Source of the DNA: Candidatus Parcubacteria bacterium
GTDB taxonomy: Bacteria > Patescibacteriota > Saccharimonadia > UBA4664 > JBIOIQ01
Direction of reading: 5' to 3'
Assembly (NCBI GenBank): GCA_963718875.1
Contig: OY970378.1
Span: 196,396-260,395 of the forward strand
DNA: 64,000 bases
Shown: positions 9,411 to 19,177 of the stretch, one piece after another
Layout: every line of letters begins with the position of its first letter
Numbering within the stretch: position 1 is the first letter of the stretch
Notes under the pieces: model-generated
The model's input: only the letters and a program-made list of their open reading frames with translations
Database searches by the model: none
Told to the model about the DNA's origin: nothing
Translations under genes and position numbers: made by a program

Positions 9411-10793
9411 ATGCAAGACGGAGACAAGCTAGGCGAAAAGTGCGGTGTTTTTGGGGTTTACACTCAAAAACCTGAAGCTGCACGCCTAGTTTACTCTGGT
9501 TTGTGGGCATTGCAGCACCGGGGGCAAGAAACTTCCGGAATTGCTTCGACAGACGGAAAAAAATTTTTCCGTCATGTCAAAGCAGGGTTGGTAGCACATG
9601 CATATGATGAAGAGTCTTTGGACGGATTAGTGGGGAAAATCGCGATTGGGCATAATCGTTATTCTACCTCGGGTGGGACCTTGGCAAGTCATGGCCAGCC
9701 GATAGTTGATCATAATCTTGCACTGGCACACAATGGCAATCTACCAAGTACTACAAAGCTATTGGCTTGGCTTGGGGACGAAGGAATAGCGACCGATGGG
9801 CTCAACGACTCTGCTTTAATGGCCTCAGCTATCTCACATTATATGGATCAAGGGCTTTCTTTGCCTGATGCCGTGTGCCAAGCTTACCCATTATTTACGG
9901 GGGCTTTTTCGGTTGTGGCAATGGATAAAAAACAGTTGGTGGCCTTTCGGGATCATTGTGGAATTCGTCCCTTGTCGTTAGGGCGTTTGGCTGATGGGTT
10001 GGTGGCTTCTTCGGAGACCTGTGCCCTGGATATTATCGGTGCGGCTTTTTGGCGGGAAGTTAACCCGGGCGAGATGGTGGTAATTGATAAAACTGGCTTG
10101 AAATCAACTCAACTAGCCCAGCCCAACCCTAAGCTCGATATTTTTGAATTTGTCTATTTTGCCCGTCCGGATAGCATGTTGCTGGGGCGCAGCGTTAATG
10201 CGGTTCGGCGTGCTATGGGCAAACAGCTCGCGGATGAGTACCCCATAAAGGCAGATGTGGTAATACCGGTGCCAGATTCGGCTATTCCGGCGGCTATTGG
10301 ATTCGCTGGCGCTTCTGGAATTCCTTTTGACATTGCACTAATTAAAAATCGCTACATTCACCGCACTTTTATTCAGCCTGCCCAACGTTTGCGCGATAAA
10401 GGTGTTGAGATGAAGCTTAACCCTTTGCCAGAAGCTTTGATAGGCCGTGACGTGGTGGTAATAGATGACTCGATTGTGCGAGGGACTACCACCAAGAAAA
10501 TTGTGCGCATGCTTTATGGCGCTGGGGCTAAAAAAGTCCACGTTCTAATAAGCTCTCCGCCAGTAAAGTATCCGGATTATTATGGTATCGATACCCCGGA
10601 TCCTAAGGATTTGTTGGCGGCGCGGATGGATCTGGCCGGAATGCAGAAATTTATGGATGCCGATAGCTTGGGTTTTTTAAGTTATGAGGGAATGATTAAG
10701 GCTACTGGACTCCCAGAATCATGTTTTTCGACATCGGCTTTTACGGGGGTTTACCCGATTGATATTGGCGAAAAGGCGGCAGCGTTGAAGTAA
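9411..10793 (+). CDS. purF: amidophosphoribosyltransferase
   Basis: CGVFG, LQHRGQE, HNRYSTSG, FEFVYFARPDS, VIDDSIVRGTT. Confidence 0.96.
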   Translation: MQDGDKLGEKCGVFGVYTQKPEAARLVYSGLWALQHRGQETSGIASTDGKKFFRHVKAGLVAHAYDEESLDGLVGKIAIGHNRYSTSGGTLASHGQPIVDHNLALAHNGNLPSTTKLLAWLGDEGIATDGLNDSALMASAISHYMDQGLSLPDAVCQAYPLFTGAFSVVAMDKKQLVAFRDHCGIRPLSLGRLADGLVASSETCALDIIGAAFWREVNPGEMVVIDKTGLKSTQLAQPNPKLDIFEFVYFARPDSMLLGRSVNAVRRAMGKQLADEYPIKADVVIPVPDSAIPAAIGFAGASGIPFDIALIKNRYIHRTFIQPAQRLRDKGVEMKLNPLPEALIGRDVVVIDDSIVRGTTTKKIVRMLYGAGAKKVHVLISSPPVKYPDYYGIDTPDPKDLLAARMDLAGMQKFMDADSLGFLSYEGMIKATGLPESCFSTSAFTGVYPIDIGEKAAALK

Positions 10794-10800
10794 TAATGGC

Positions 10801-10838
10801 TTCAGAACCGGCGCTATTTTGGGAGCGCCGGTTCTGAA
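10801..10838. terminator. 15-bp perfect hairpin between convergent genes
   Basis: ttcagaaccggcgct-attttggg-agcgccggttctgaa. Confidence 0.75.
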
Positions 10839-10857
10839 CGCGGATGGCCTTGCCCCA

Positions 10858-11268
10858 TCAACTATTGCTATGTCGGTCATCTCTTCGAGGCGTGACGCGT
10901 AAGACTGCAAGCGCGGCCACCATGCCAATTATCAGGAGAGCTGCATAGAAGAGGACTCGATTGTGGCCTTCATGGGCAGGAAGGCTGCATAGTAGGACGG
11001 CTGGTACCTTGCTTCCGTCAGGTTGTTGCACTTGAACGACCGCGTGGGCACTGTATGTGACAGGTGCGAGATGAATCGGCTGGCTCAAGTCGACCAAAGG
11101 GGTCTGGTTTCCCAAGTCTGTTGCTTGCACGCTGACCTGGTTGTCAAATGGGATATAAGTACTGCTCGAGGAGGGCGGACAGAAAATGGATCCGTCTGCA
11201 TTTGCCGGTGGGGCCATCCCCAGAAGAGCCATTGCCGCCAACGCTGTTATTGCCATGAGTCGCTTCAT
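10858..11268 (-). CDS. GC-rich orphan secreted protein with C-terminal membrane anchor
   Basis: signal peptide MKRLMAITALAAMALLGMAPPANA, C-terminal TM plus basic tail; SD AAAGGA; promoter TTGCGA-17-CACAAT. Confidence 0.7.
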   Translation of the reverse strand: MKRLMAITALAAMALLGMAPPANADGSIFCPPSSSSTYIPFDNQVSVQATDLGNQTPLVDLSQPIHLAPVTYSAHAVVQVQQPDGSKVPAVLLCSLPAHEGHNRVLFYAALLIIGMVAALAVLRVTPRRDDRHSNS

Positions 11269-11450
11269 GCCGATCCTTTGTTCGAGCCGCTTTACGGCAA
11301 GGGTTCTAGCTGAACAGCAAAATAATTGTGGCAGGACGTAACTCATTTCGCAAGCGTAAGCGATTAAAGGGAGGCTCCCTCTAAATTGTTATGCTAAAAA
11401 CCTAAAGTGCGCTTAGTTTTTATGAGTAAATCCCTGGTATAATACCTCTT

Positions 11451-13637
11451 ATGGCACGCAAAAAAAAATCAAAGAAATCCAGTCGTCGGGTAAGTAGTCG
11501 GCGAAGCAGCAGTCGAAAAGCCCAAGCAGCTTATTTTAGTTGGAAGCCAGAGCTTTCACCTGAGGTAACTCGAGAGATTATTGCCTTTACCCTAACTGCC
11601 TTGGTGATTTTGTTGATTTTGGCTATTTTTGGGGTGGGCGGAACTTTGCCTGGAATGTTGTTTAAAGGTGTAAGTTTAGGCATTGGTTTTTCAGCATTTT
11701 TGCTGCCTGTGACCATGGCGATGCTCGCCGTGATGTTGTTCTTGCCTGATCGTTACGAAGTTAAAGCTAATAATTACCTGGGTATGGCAGGGGTGTTGTT
11801 GGCTCTAGCCGGTATATTTCATTTGTTTGTAAATTCGAACGTGTCATCACAAGCAGCTGCAGAAGGACGATTTGGGGGTTATCTGGGCTACGGGATTGCT
11901 AACTCTATGTTGGGAGTTTTGAATGTCGGAGCGGCGCTAGCAATTTTGTTAATAATTTTACTAATATGCTTGGTCACAGCAGCTAATGTTTCGCTACTAC
12001 AAATGATCAAAGGTTTGTTTGGGATGCTTAGAAAGCGACCGGTGGAAACTGCTTCTGAAATTCAAATTAATGAGCCAATGGTTGCCAGTAATCGCTTGGA
12101 GGTACGCGGAACCCTTAATGCCAACGGTAAGTCTGTAGAGGATGGAGAAGCCAAGGAGGAGGAGGCACTGACTATGGGGGTGGATGAGGAGTGGGTTGGC
12201 CCTAGCTTGGATTTGGTAGAGGAAACAACTAGCAAGCCAGATGCCGGAAATGTGAAGGAAAATGCCGGGATTATTGAGCAGACTATGAATAGTTTTGGGA
12301 TAGATGTGGCCATGGGTGAAGTGAATGTAGGGCCCACTGTAACCCAGTACACATTTAAGCCACCCTCAGGCGTAAAATTAACCAAGATCACCGGGCTCGA
12401 TCATAACTTGGCCTTAAGTTTGGCTGCTCATCCAATCCGTATTGAGGCGCCGATCCCTGGTAAGAGCGCTGTAGGGATTGAAATCCCTAATAAGGCTTCG
12501 ATGACAGTGCGAATGCGGGACATTTTGGAATCCCCCGTGTATGCAGAGCAAAAATCGCCTTTGACGTTTGTGCTCGGACGAGATGTGACGGGGCAGCCGG
12601 CTTTTGCTGATTTAGCCAGGATGCCGCACATGTTGATTGCTGGTGCTACTGGATCCGGTAAAAGTGTCATGATCAACAGTTTCTTGACTAGTTTACTGTT
12701 TCGCAATTCGCCGTCAGATCTCAAAATGATTTTGGTTGACCCTAAACGAGTTGAGCTAGGCTTGTATAATGATATCCCGCACCTCCTAACTCCTATAATT
12801 GTGGAACCGGAGAAATGTATCTCGGCGCTCAAATGGGCGGTGGCAGAAATGGAACGGCGTTACAAGCTTTGTGCCGAGGTGGGTAAGCGCAATATTGCAG
12901 AGTATAATTTGGAGTTTCGCGATGACGCCATGCCATATATCGTGATCGTGATTGATGAGTTGGCTGATCTTATGGCGCTAGCGGCACAAGATGTTGAGGG
13001 AATGATTGTAAGGCTAGCCCAGATGGCTCGGGCGGTTGGTATTCATCTGGTGCTGGCTACTCAGCGACCAAGTGTCGATGTTATTACTGGCCTTATTAAA
13101 GCCAATATTCCAGCGCGGTTAGCATTTACGGTGGCTAGCCAAGTCGATTCACGCACCATTCTTGACCAGGCTGGGGCCGAAAAGTTGCTTGGAAAAGGTG
13201 ATATGTTGTTTTCTAGTCCAGAGTTTATTAAACCTAAGCGTATTCAAGGCGTGTGGGTTGATGAACGTGAAGTTAAAGGGGTTACAGACTACTTGCGCTC
13301 TGCTCGCCAGCCTCAGTATAATGATGAGATTTTGGCGCAGCCGGTAAAATTAGGCCGGAGCGGAGGAGGCGGAGGAGACTTTGGCGAGGCGGACGATGAT
13401 TTGTTTAATGAGGCTGCCGAAACGGTGATTCGTAGCGGTAAGGCCTCGGCTTCATTATTGCAGCGCCGGCTAAGGGTAGGCTACGCTCGGGCAGCCCGTT
13501 TGCTGGATATTTTGGAAGAGCGGGGAATTGTTGGGCCAGCCGATGGTGCGCGGCCTCGTGACGTTATGGTATCGAGCTTAGACGAACTAGGTGGGGGTAG
13601 CGCTGGTGGTTCCGGTTCGGATGAGTTTGTGGACTAG
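11451..13637 (+). CDS. ftsK: DNA translocase FtsK
   Basis: N-terminal TMs, PHMLIAGATGSGKS, VIDELADLM, LATQRPSVDVITG, gamma domain. Confidence 0.97.
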   Translation: MARKKKSKKSSRRVSSRRSSSRKAQAAYFSWKPELSPEVTREIIAFTLTALVILLILAIFGVGGTLPGMLFKGVSLGIGFSAFLLPVTMAMLAVMLFLPDRYEVKANNYLGMAGVLLALAGIFHLFVNSNVSSQAAAEGRFGGYLGYGIANSMLGVLNVGAALAILLIILLICLVTAANVSLLQMIKGLFGMLRKRPVETASEIQINEPMVASNRLEVRGTLNANGKSVEDGEAKEEEALTMGVDEEWVGPSLDLVEETTSKPDAGNVKENAGIIEQTMNSFGIDVAMGEVNVGPTVTQYTFKPPSGVKLTKITGLDHNLALSLAAHPIRIEAPIPGKSAVGIEIPNKASMTVRMRDILESPVYAEQKSPLTFVLGRDVTGQPAFADLARMPHMLIAGATGSGKSVMINSFLTSLLFRNSPSDLKMILVDPKRVELGLYNDIPHLLTPIIVEPEKCISALKWAVAEMERRYKLCAEVGKRNIAEYNLEFRDDAMPYIVIVIDELADLMALAAQDVEGMIVRLAQMARAVGIHLVLATQRPSVDVITGLIKANIPARLAFTVASQVDSRTILDQAGAEKLLGKGDMLFSSPEFIKPKRIQGVWVDEREVKGVTDYLRSARQPQYNDEILAQPVKLGRSGGGGGDFGEADDDLFNEAAETVIRSGKASASLLQRRLRVGYARAARLLDILEERGIVGPADGARPRDVMVSSLDELGGGSAGGSGSDEFVD

Positions 13638-13640
13638 AGC

Positions 13641-13720
13641 TAGGGACTTGGTATCAGTAGATAGTAGATAGGTATGGGAGTGAAACCTCTAACTACTACC
13701 TACTAACCCCTAATCCCTCA
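13641..13720. repeat. heptamer-periodic inverted repeat
   Basis: tagggac/ttggtat/cagtaga/tagtaga ... actacta/cctacta/accccta/atccctc. Confidence 0.65.
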
Positions 13721-13751
13721 ATCATTTAATACATGGGTTACAATTGGCTAT

Positions 13752-14725
13752 ATGAGTGATGATGTAGAAAAAAAATCGGTCGAGCCCATAGGCGTAGGTG
13801 CATTACTAAAAAAACGCCGTCAAAGTTTAAAACTTAGTTTGGCCTCGGTAGAACTTGCTACGAAGATTAGGGGTAAGTATTTGGTTCAAATTGAACAAGG
13901 TGATTATGAGCAGCTGCCGAACGATATTTATACCCGAGGTTTTATAACAAAATACGCTGAGTATTTGGGACTTGATGCAGAGGAAGCTACGGCCAAGTAT
14001 GTAGTTGAAAGAGGCGGAGCGGATACGTTTGCAAAAGTTAGCTCACCTAAACCGGTCAAGAGTAGGCGTTTTTTTATAACCTCACGCTTTTTGATTGCAG
14101 CAGCGTTTTTAGTAGTACTGGTTTTGGTGGTCGTATATTTAATCGCGCAGTTTTCGGCTTTGGCGGCTGCCCGAAGCTAAGTGTAGATGCACCTCCAGGC
14201 GACCTAGTGGTGGAAGGAAGCGTCTTGACGGTGGCAGGTAAAGTAGCTGGCGGTGCAGAAGTATCAATCAATGATTCGGCGGTTTTAACCGACGCCAACG
14301 GCAAGTTTTCAAATCAGCTAGCCCTTCAGGACGGGGTTAATATCATAAAGGTGGTAGCCAAAAATAAGTTGGGCAAAACAACCTCTGTTACTCGCAATAT
14401 TTTGGCGCATATGCCACAAGTAGATTCTTCGGTGCCGCTGGTCCCGCTTGCTCCTTTTGATGGAGTGGCTGTTGGTGTGATTGTAAAAGGTAATGCGGTT
14501 AATATTATAGCTATCATTGATAATGCCAAGCCGACCAAAATCACTATGCTACCAGGAACGTCACGTAGTTTTACAGGTAAATCTAAAGTAAAACTAACCA
14601 CTAGTAATGCATCTAGCACGGTGCTAGTGATTACTAATTCTACGATAGCGGCTAAAGATTTGGGTGTTGTCGGCAAAGGTGGTGAGCTTAAATTAGAGTT
14701 TGCCAAAGACACGGCTTTTCCTTAG
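13752..14725 (+). CDS. RodZ-like HTH-TM protein, split by a frameshift near 14172 (probable indel)
   Basis: HTH_25 motif TKIRGKYLVQIEQGDYEQLPNDIYTRGFITKYA; one extra C in gctgcccgaag joins it to the downstream Ig-like ORF. Confidence 0.8.
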
Positions 14726-14782
14726 ACTTTTGATCTGATAGGTCGAAATGATAAGATATAGAGTATAAAAGTGGATCCTTCG

Positions 14783-15280
14783 ATGGCAAAAGATTTTTCG
14801 TTCGATGTTGTTAGTGATTATGATGTGGCAGAAGTTGGCAATGCGGTTGATCAAACGCAACGTGAGCTGGGTCAGCGTTATGATTTTAAAGGGACAAACG
14901 CTGATATAGCGTTTGTCGATGGCAAGACGGGCGTTCTTATTAACGGGGACACCAAATATCAGCTCGATTCGATTGTAGATGTGTTGCAAAGCAAGCTGAT
15001 AAAACGCGGCCAATCTTTGAAGATACTGGATCTTTCGAGCGACCCGATCCAGGGTGGCAAGGAAATGCGTTGGACGGTGATGTTCAAGAAAGGTTTGGAT
15101 CAGGATAAGGCCAAGAAAATTACTAAGCTGATTCGCGATGAGTATCCTAAAGCAAAATCGCAGATCCAAGGTGATGCCGTGCGGGTTTCAAGTACAAGTA
15201 AGGATGATTTGCAGGGAGTTATGAATCTGCTGAATAAGCAGGAGTTTGATTTTCCACTGCAGTTTGAGAATTACCGGTGA
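14783..15280 (+). CDS. yajQ: YajQ family nucleotide/c-di-GMP-binding protein
   Basis: SFDVVS...RYDFKG...QIQGDAVRVSS.SKDDLQ...LQFENYR. Confidence 0.95.
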   Translation: MAKDFSFDVVSDYDVAEVGNAVDQTQRELGQRYDFKGTNADIAFVDGKTGVLINGDTKYQLDSIVDVLQSKLIKRGQSLKILDLSSDPIQGGKEMRWTVMFKKGLDQDKAKKITKLIRDEYPKAKSQIQGDAVRVSSTSKDDLQGVMNLLNKQEFDFPLQFENYR

Positions 15281-15681
15281 GCGGCGAGAAACAGTTTGAT
15301 CAGGACGTAACAGAGTTCAATAATGGAGCACGTTTAGATAAGGGTAATTCTGTTACCGGCAGCGGGTCGACCTCTGAAATGATGTACGAACTCGAGCTCA
15401 CTCAAGCCGAAATGGAGCAATCTTGGAAGAACTGGGCAATGGAAGACATGCGCCGTGGGGCTGATGAAGTTTTGAAGCGTGCAAAAAATGCAGACGAGGG
15501 ATCACCTCTTTTTTTGCTTCAACCCAAGATTATTCAAGCAGCTGAAGACGTTGAAGTAGTTGGCGTTTTAGTTGGACTAGCCGCAAGAGCTTTTGGCAGC
15601 CAAAGATTATCTGAGCTGGGTGCTTACGCCATGGCTTCAGCTTTTGTCATCCGAAAGTCACTTAAGGGTGGCCGTGGATAA
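15277..15681 (+). CDS. hypothetical protein
   Basis: 134-aa ORF whose GTG start overlaps the yajQ stop (GTGA). Confidence 0.55.
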   Translation: MSGEKQFDQDVTEFNNGARLDKGNSVTGSGSTSEMMYELELTQAEMEQSWKNWAMEDMRRGADEVLKRAKNADEGSPLFLLQPKIIQAAEDVEVVGVLVGLAARAFGSQRLSELGAYAMASAFVIRKSLKGGRG

Positions 15682-15976
15682 GCAGGATATATTATTAGAT
15701 GCTTTAACTTCTGCTAAAGGTACTGATGCCGAAAAAGGTGATTTATATAATGCTCTGCTTAAAGCCTGGAGCATTAGGTCGCAAATGGTATTAATTAATC
15801 GATTAAACAAAGACGAGGTAGTGGAGGTAGAGCAAAGACTCGTTATGGAACCAAGTTTTAATTTTATTTCATGGATCCTTGGCATCCATCCAGAATATGA
15901 ATCAGTTGTAATGAATGAGTTAGACGCAGTTATGTCTGACTTCGCAGATGAACTTGGGGTTCCGCATAAGGAGTAA
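15674..15976 (+). CDS. hypothetical helical protein
   Basis: ORF overlapping the upstream stop; likely GTG start at 15674. Confidence 0.5.
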   Translation: MDKQDILLDALTSAKGTDAEKGDLYNALLKAWSIRSQMVLINRLNKDEVVEVEQRLVMEPSFNFISWILGIHPEYESVVMNELDAVMSDFADELGVPHKE

Positions 15977-16056
15977 TCCGAAACAATGGGGCTGTTGGAT
16001 GCTGCTGATCATGTTTGCACGAAGCGCTTAAGGCAGATCTAAGTACCCTAGGGTTT

Positions 16057-16086
16057 GGGGAGGAGCGGTCAGGCCGCTTCCTCCCC
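16057..16086. terminator. GC hairpin between convergent genes
   Basis: ggggaggagcgg-tcagg-ccgcttcctcccc. Confidence 0.6.
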
Positions 16087-16094
16087 TGCAACGC

Positions 16095-16823
16095 TTATTG
16101 ACTAACGTCGTAGCCTACTCGTATCTGTTTATTTTTTAACTTTAGCTTAGTGATAGTTTGCTGTTTTAACTCTCCCAAATTACGAACGTGAGTACCGCCG
16201 CAAGGCACAGCAAAATCGCCGAACTGGACGATGCGCGTTGGCTTGCCAGTCGGGATGTTATCTGGAACGAAGCGACAAAGTTGCTGCAATTCGTCAGGTT
16301 CGACAAAACTGCATGATACGGGTAGATCGTCTGCGATCAATTGGTCACATAGCTGTTGCAGCCGTTCGATTAATTTGTCGACATCGGCAGGATTAAGTTC
16401 GCCCCCATATTCGACGTAAGGGTTGTCGGGAAAGTGGTAGCCTTTGCCTGGCGTCCACTCGATCTCGAGCTGGCTAACTGCCATGTCTACCAAATGTCCG
16501 GCGGAATGAAGGCGGCTATTTAGAGTCCGTCGCTCCGCATTCACCCTACAATGTACGTCTTCGCCCTGCATGAAGGTTCTACCTTCAAAGTGCCCAATGT
16601 GATGAACCAAGCCTTCGACAAAGCGAACTTCTTCGACTATGAATTTAGTATCTTCGTTTTCAATTATACCCGTATCGTAGGGTTGCCCTCCGCCTTGCGC
16701 GTACAGCATGGTTTGGTCAAGGATTACGACAGTGCGGCCGTTAGTTTGCGTTACTTGTTCTACGTGTGAGTTGCACTGCATATCGTGCATGTGCTCCAAA
16801 TACAAGAGTTTGGTTGGTTTCAT
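16095..16823 (-). CDS. AlaX-type free-standing alanyl-tRNA editing protein
   Basis: LDQTMLYAQGGGQPYDTG, RLHSAGHL (HxxxH), PCGGTHV (CxxxH). Confidence 0.92.
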   Translation of the reverse strand: MKPTKLLYLEHMHDMQCNSHVEQVTQTNGRTVVILDQTMLYAQGGGQPYDTGIIENEDTKFIVEEVRFVEGLVHHIGHFEGRTFMQGEDVHCRVNAERRTLNSRLHSAGHLVDMAVSQLEIEWTPGKGYHFPDNPYVEYGGELNPADVDKLIERLQQLCDQLIADDLPVSCSFVEPDELQQLCRFVPDNIPTGKPTRIVQFGDFAVPCGGTHVRNLGELKQQTITKLKLKNKQIRVGYDVSQ

Positions 16824-16847
16824 GATTCTCCTAAAGTTTTAAATAAT

Positions 16848-16923
16848 AGAAAAGACTAACGCGCCAAAGTTTGCTCGTTAGTCGGTAACACTTATTTGAT
16901 TAGAAGAATGCATGATAAGACAT
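16848..16923 (-). promoter_or_regulatory. putative attenuator: leader peptide MSYHAFF (16923-16900) plus terminator (16883-16848)
   Basis: SD GAAAGG-ATG TCT TAT CAT GCA TTC TTC TAA, then gactaacg/cgttagtc stem followed by ttttct. Confidence 0.55.
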
Positions 16924-16989
16924 GAAAGCCTTTCGTGTGCTTTAACGGTATTTTACATTAAACTGCGAATCCCTTAAACCTCAATCGCT

Positions 16990-17118
16990 GTCATTCCCTA
17001 GCCTACTTCGCCATAGTGGCTACGAAGGCTGAATCGGAAGCCAAACTCTACTGTTGCCTAGTTTGGTGCTCCGGATAGGGAATCTAGCCTAGATTCTCCG
17101 GTCAAGCGGTAGGATGAC
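16990..17118. repeat. composite nested REP-like element
   Basis: gtcattcccta...gatagggaatctag-c-ctagattct...ggatgac containing two inner palindromes. Confidence 0.75.
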
Positions 17119-17145
17119 AAACGGGTAAAATGCTCATAAGTGAAA

Positions 17146-17171
17146 CGAGCGGGACCTGGCGGTCCCGCTCG
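17146..17171 (-). terminator. 11-bp GC hairpin downstream of the orphan gene
   Basis: cgagcgggacc-tggc-ggtcccgctcg. Confidence 0.65.
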
Positions 17172-17205
17172 CGGTGGTTCTCTGGATCTTGGTGAGGTTG
17201 GTTGG

Positions 17206-17520
17206 TTAGGGGATGGATACCCCCAGCTTAGTGAGACATTCCTGCTCGAGTGCGGCTCGCACAAACGCTTGTCGCATCAACTTCTGGGCGGTCTTAGGGG
17301 TTGCCGTTGCTGCTGGCGAGAACCATCCAATGACGACGGTGATGGGCACGGCGAGGGTTCTGCAGTTGATCTCATCGAAGATCACCTCGATCTCGTTGTT
17401 GCTTGGCTGGGTGAGTACGAGCCCTTTGATTGTTGCTCGTGAGTCTGCGCCGCCAGCTGCACTGACTCTCGCCTGGAGCACGATGTCGGCGACCATCTCG
17501 TCGAAGGTCCAAAGCCTCAT
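17206..17520 (-). CDS. GC-rich orphan hypothetical protein
   Basis: 104-aa ORF, SD GAGGT, G/C-ending codons, downstream hairpin. Confidence 0.65.
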   Translation of the reverse strand: MRLWTFDEMVADIVLQARVSAAGGADSRATIKGLVLTQPSNNEIEVIFDEINCRTLAVPITVVIGWFSPAATATPKTAQKLMRQAFVRAALEQECLTKLGVSIP

Positions 17521-17565
17521 ATGGAACTACCTCAACTTTCGTGATTTGGAGTTGTTGGGTAAGAT

Positions 17566-18609
17566 GTTGAACTCACCTCCATTCCGTTTTGAATCAGGAC
17601 AGTCAACCCGTAGAGTGTCATCATGGTAAAAGCTACTAAACTAACATCGGCAGAGCGTTCGGAAATAGAAATTCTTTTAAATAAAGGTCACACTCTTAGG
17701 GCCATTGGTCGGGCTTTGGGCCGGAGCCTCAATACCATCAGTGATGAGGTGAAGCGTAATAAGACCCCGGAAGGCTACAATGCCCGCATCGCCAAACAAA
17801 AAGCCTACGTCAAACGCAAGTATGCCAAGTACCAGGGCAAGAAGATCCAGGAGAATGATGATTTGCGCTGGTACATCATTGTGCGCCTCATGGATGGCTG
17901 GAATCCCGATGAGATAGCGGGACGACTAAAAAAAGATCAGCACGGTTACTATGCCTCTAAGACAGCCATCTACGAATGGCTCGACAGCGCCAGAGGGCAG
18001 AAGTACTGTGACTACCTGCCCTCCCGTAGGTACAGACCAAAGAAGCGCAAACCAAAGACCGATCGGGTGATGATTCCAGATCGGGTGAGTATTACAGAGC
18101 GCCCCCATGAAGCTACCGTCCGGAGCGAAGTGGGCCACTATGAGGGGGATACCATCGTTAGCGGCAAGCGGACTGGATCAAAAGCAGCAATCGTAGTGAT
18201 TCAGGAACGAGTCACCAGACTGATTGCTGCTAGACCCATCCCAGACTTGTGTCCGGTGAGCTTTAATGGAGCCATCAGCTCTTCCAAACTGGTCTTGCTC
18301 TCATCAGCAGTCTGACTCTCGACAACGGTATCGAGAACCGTTGGCACAGATTGCTCGATATGCTCGTTTTTTTCTGTGACCCCTATTCTAGCTGGCAAAA
18401 AGGAGGGGTGGAAAACGCCAACCGAATGATTCGGCACTACTTGCCCAAAGGCATGGATCTAGCCACCGTGACGAACAAAGAATTGCAGCGTATCATTACG
18501 ATCATAAACAACAAACCCAGGAAGATCCTGGGATATATGTCCGCTATTGAAATGGCTAAAGAGAAAGGAGTTTTACGAGAGACTGTCCTGATTGAGGGGT
18601 GAATTCAGG
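17566..18609 (+). mobile_element. IS30-family insertion sequence
   Basis: inverted core aatcaggacagtc (17592-17604) / gactgtcctgatt (18581-18593); left end imprecise; IS30 transposase inside. Confidence 0.85.
17623..18602 (+). pseudogene. IS30 transposase, frameshifted near 18300
   Basis: HTH, GHYEGDTIV; the second frame gives TLDNGIEN...FCDPYSSWQKGGVENANRMIR...INNKPRKILGY. Confidence 0.85.
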
Positions 18610-18626
18610 TCAGAGAAACTTATGTA

Positions 18627-18655
18627 AGTATACATAGTTAATATAATTTTGTCAA
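18627..18655 (-). promoter_or_regulatory. sigma70 promoter facing the IS and the 17520 gene
   Basis: TTGACA-17 bp-TATACT on the minus strand. Confidence 0.75.
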
Positions 18656-18703
18656 CAAAATACGCTTGCATTGTATTTCTCATTGTGTAATAATAACTTC
18701 GAT

Positions 18704-18816
18704 ATGAAGACACGAATTTACAGCACTAGTTTTCCATTTATCCAGGACCTGCGCCGGGGATAGTCTTCAAGTTTGCTCAAGAATAATTTGAAACCTGCCC
18801 TCGGGGCAGGTTTTTT
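18704..18816 (+). promoter_or_regulatory. putative attenuator: leader peptide MKTRIYSTSFPFIQDLRRG (18704-18763) plus intrinsic terminator (18791-18816)
   Basis: two TTT Phe codons; aaacctgccc-tcg-gggcaggttt-ttt; leader segment acctgcgccgggg is complementary to the terminator 3' arm. Confidence 0.65.
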
Positions 18817-18862
18817 AGATCTGTTCCGAGTTCATCCGACGATGGAAGGGGAGAAAGCCGTC

Positions 18863-19177
18863 ATGAAACCGCCGCGTAACGAGCTGGATTACACGCTCGA
18901 TGAGGCCAAACGGTATCGTGGGCAGTGGGTGTCAGCAGGGGAAGGACTAGAGGGAAAGCTCGATTGGACGCCTGAGCGTGGATGGGTGTTGCATTTTCGG
19001 GTCAAGGGCACTACGCGCATCAGTTCTCAGATTGCGTTTCACCGCGCGAGAACCATCCAGAACTTTTCTTGGCCTGGCGGCTGGGAACTGAGCCGGCTAA
19101 TATCGCGTAGTGGCCAGTGGGTGCCTCATGAGAATGAGTGCTACCGGCCTCAGCGCACCTGGAGCTGGCATATCTGA
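18863..19177 (+). CDS. GC-rich, Trp-rich orphan hypothetical protein
   Basis: purine-rich SD (AAGGGGAG), 104 aa, hairpin at 19190-19221. Confidence 0.6.
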   Translation: MKPPRNELDYTLDEAKRYRGQWVSAGEGLEGKLDWTPERGWVLHFRVKGTTRISSQIAFHRARTIQNFSWPGGWELSRLISRSGQWVPHENECYRPQRTWSWHI

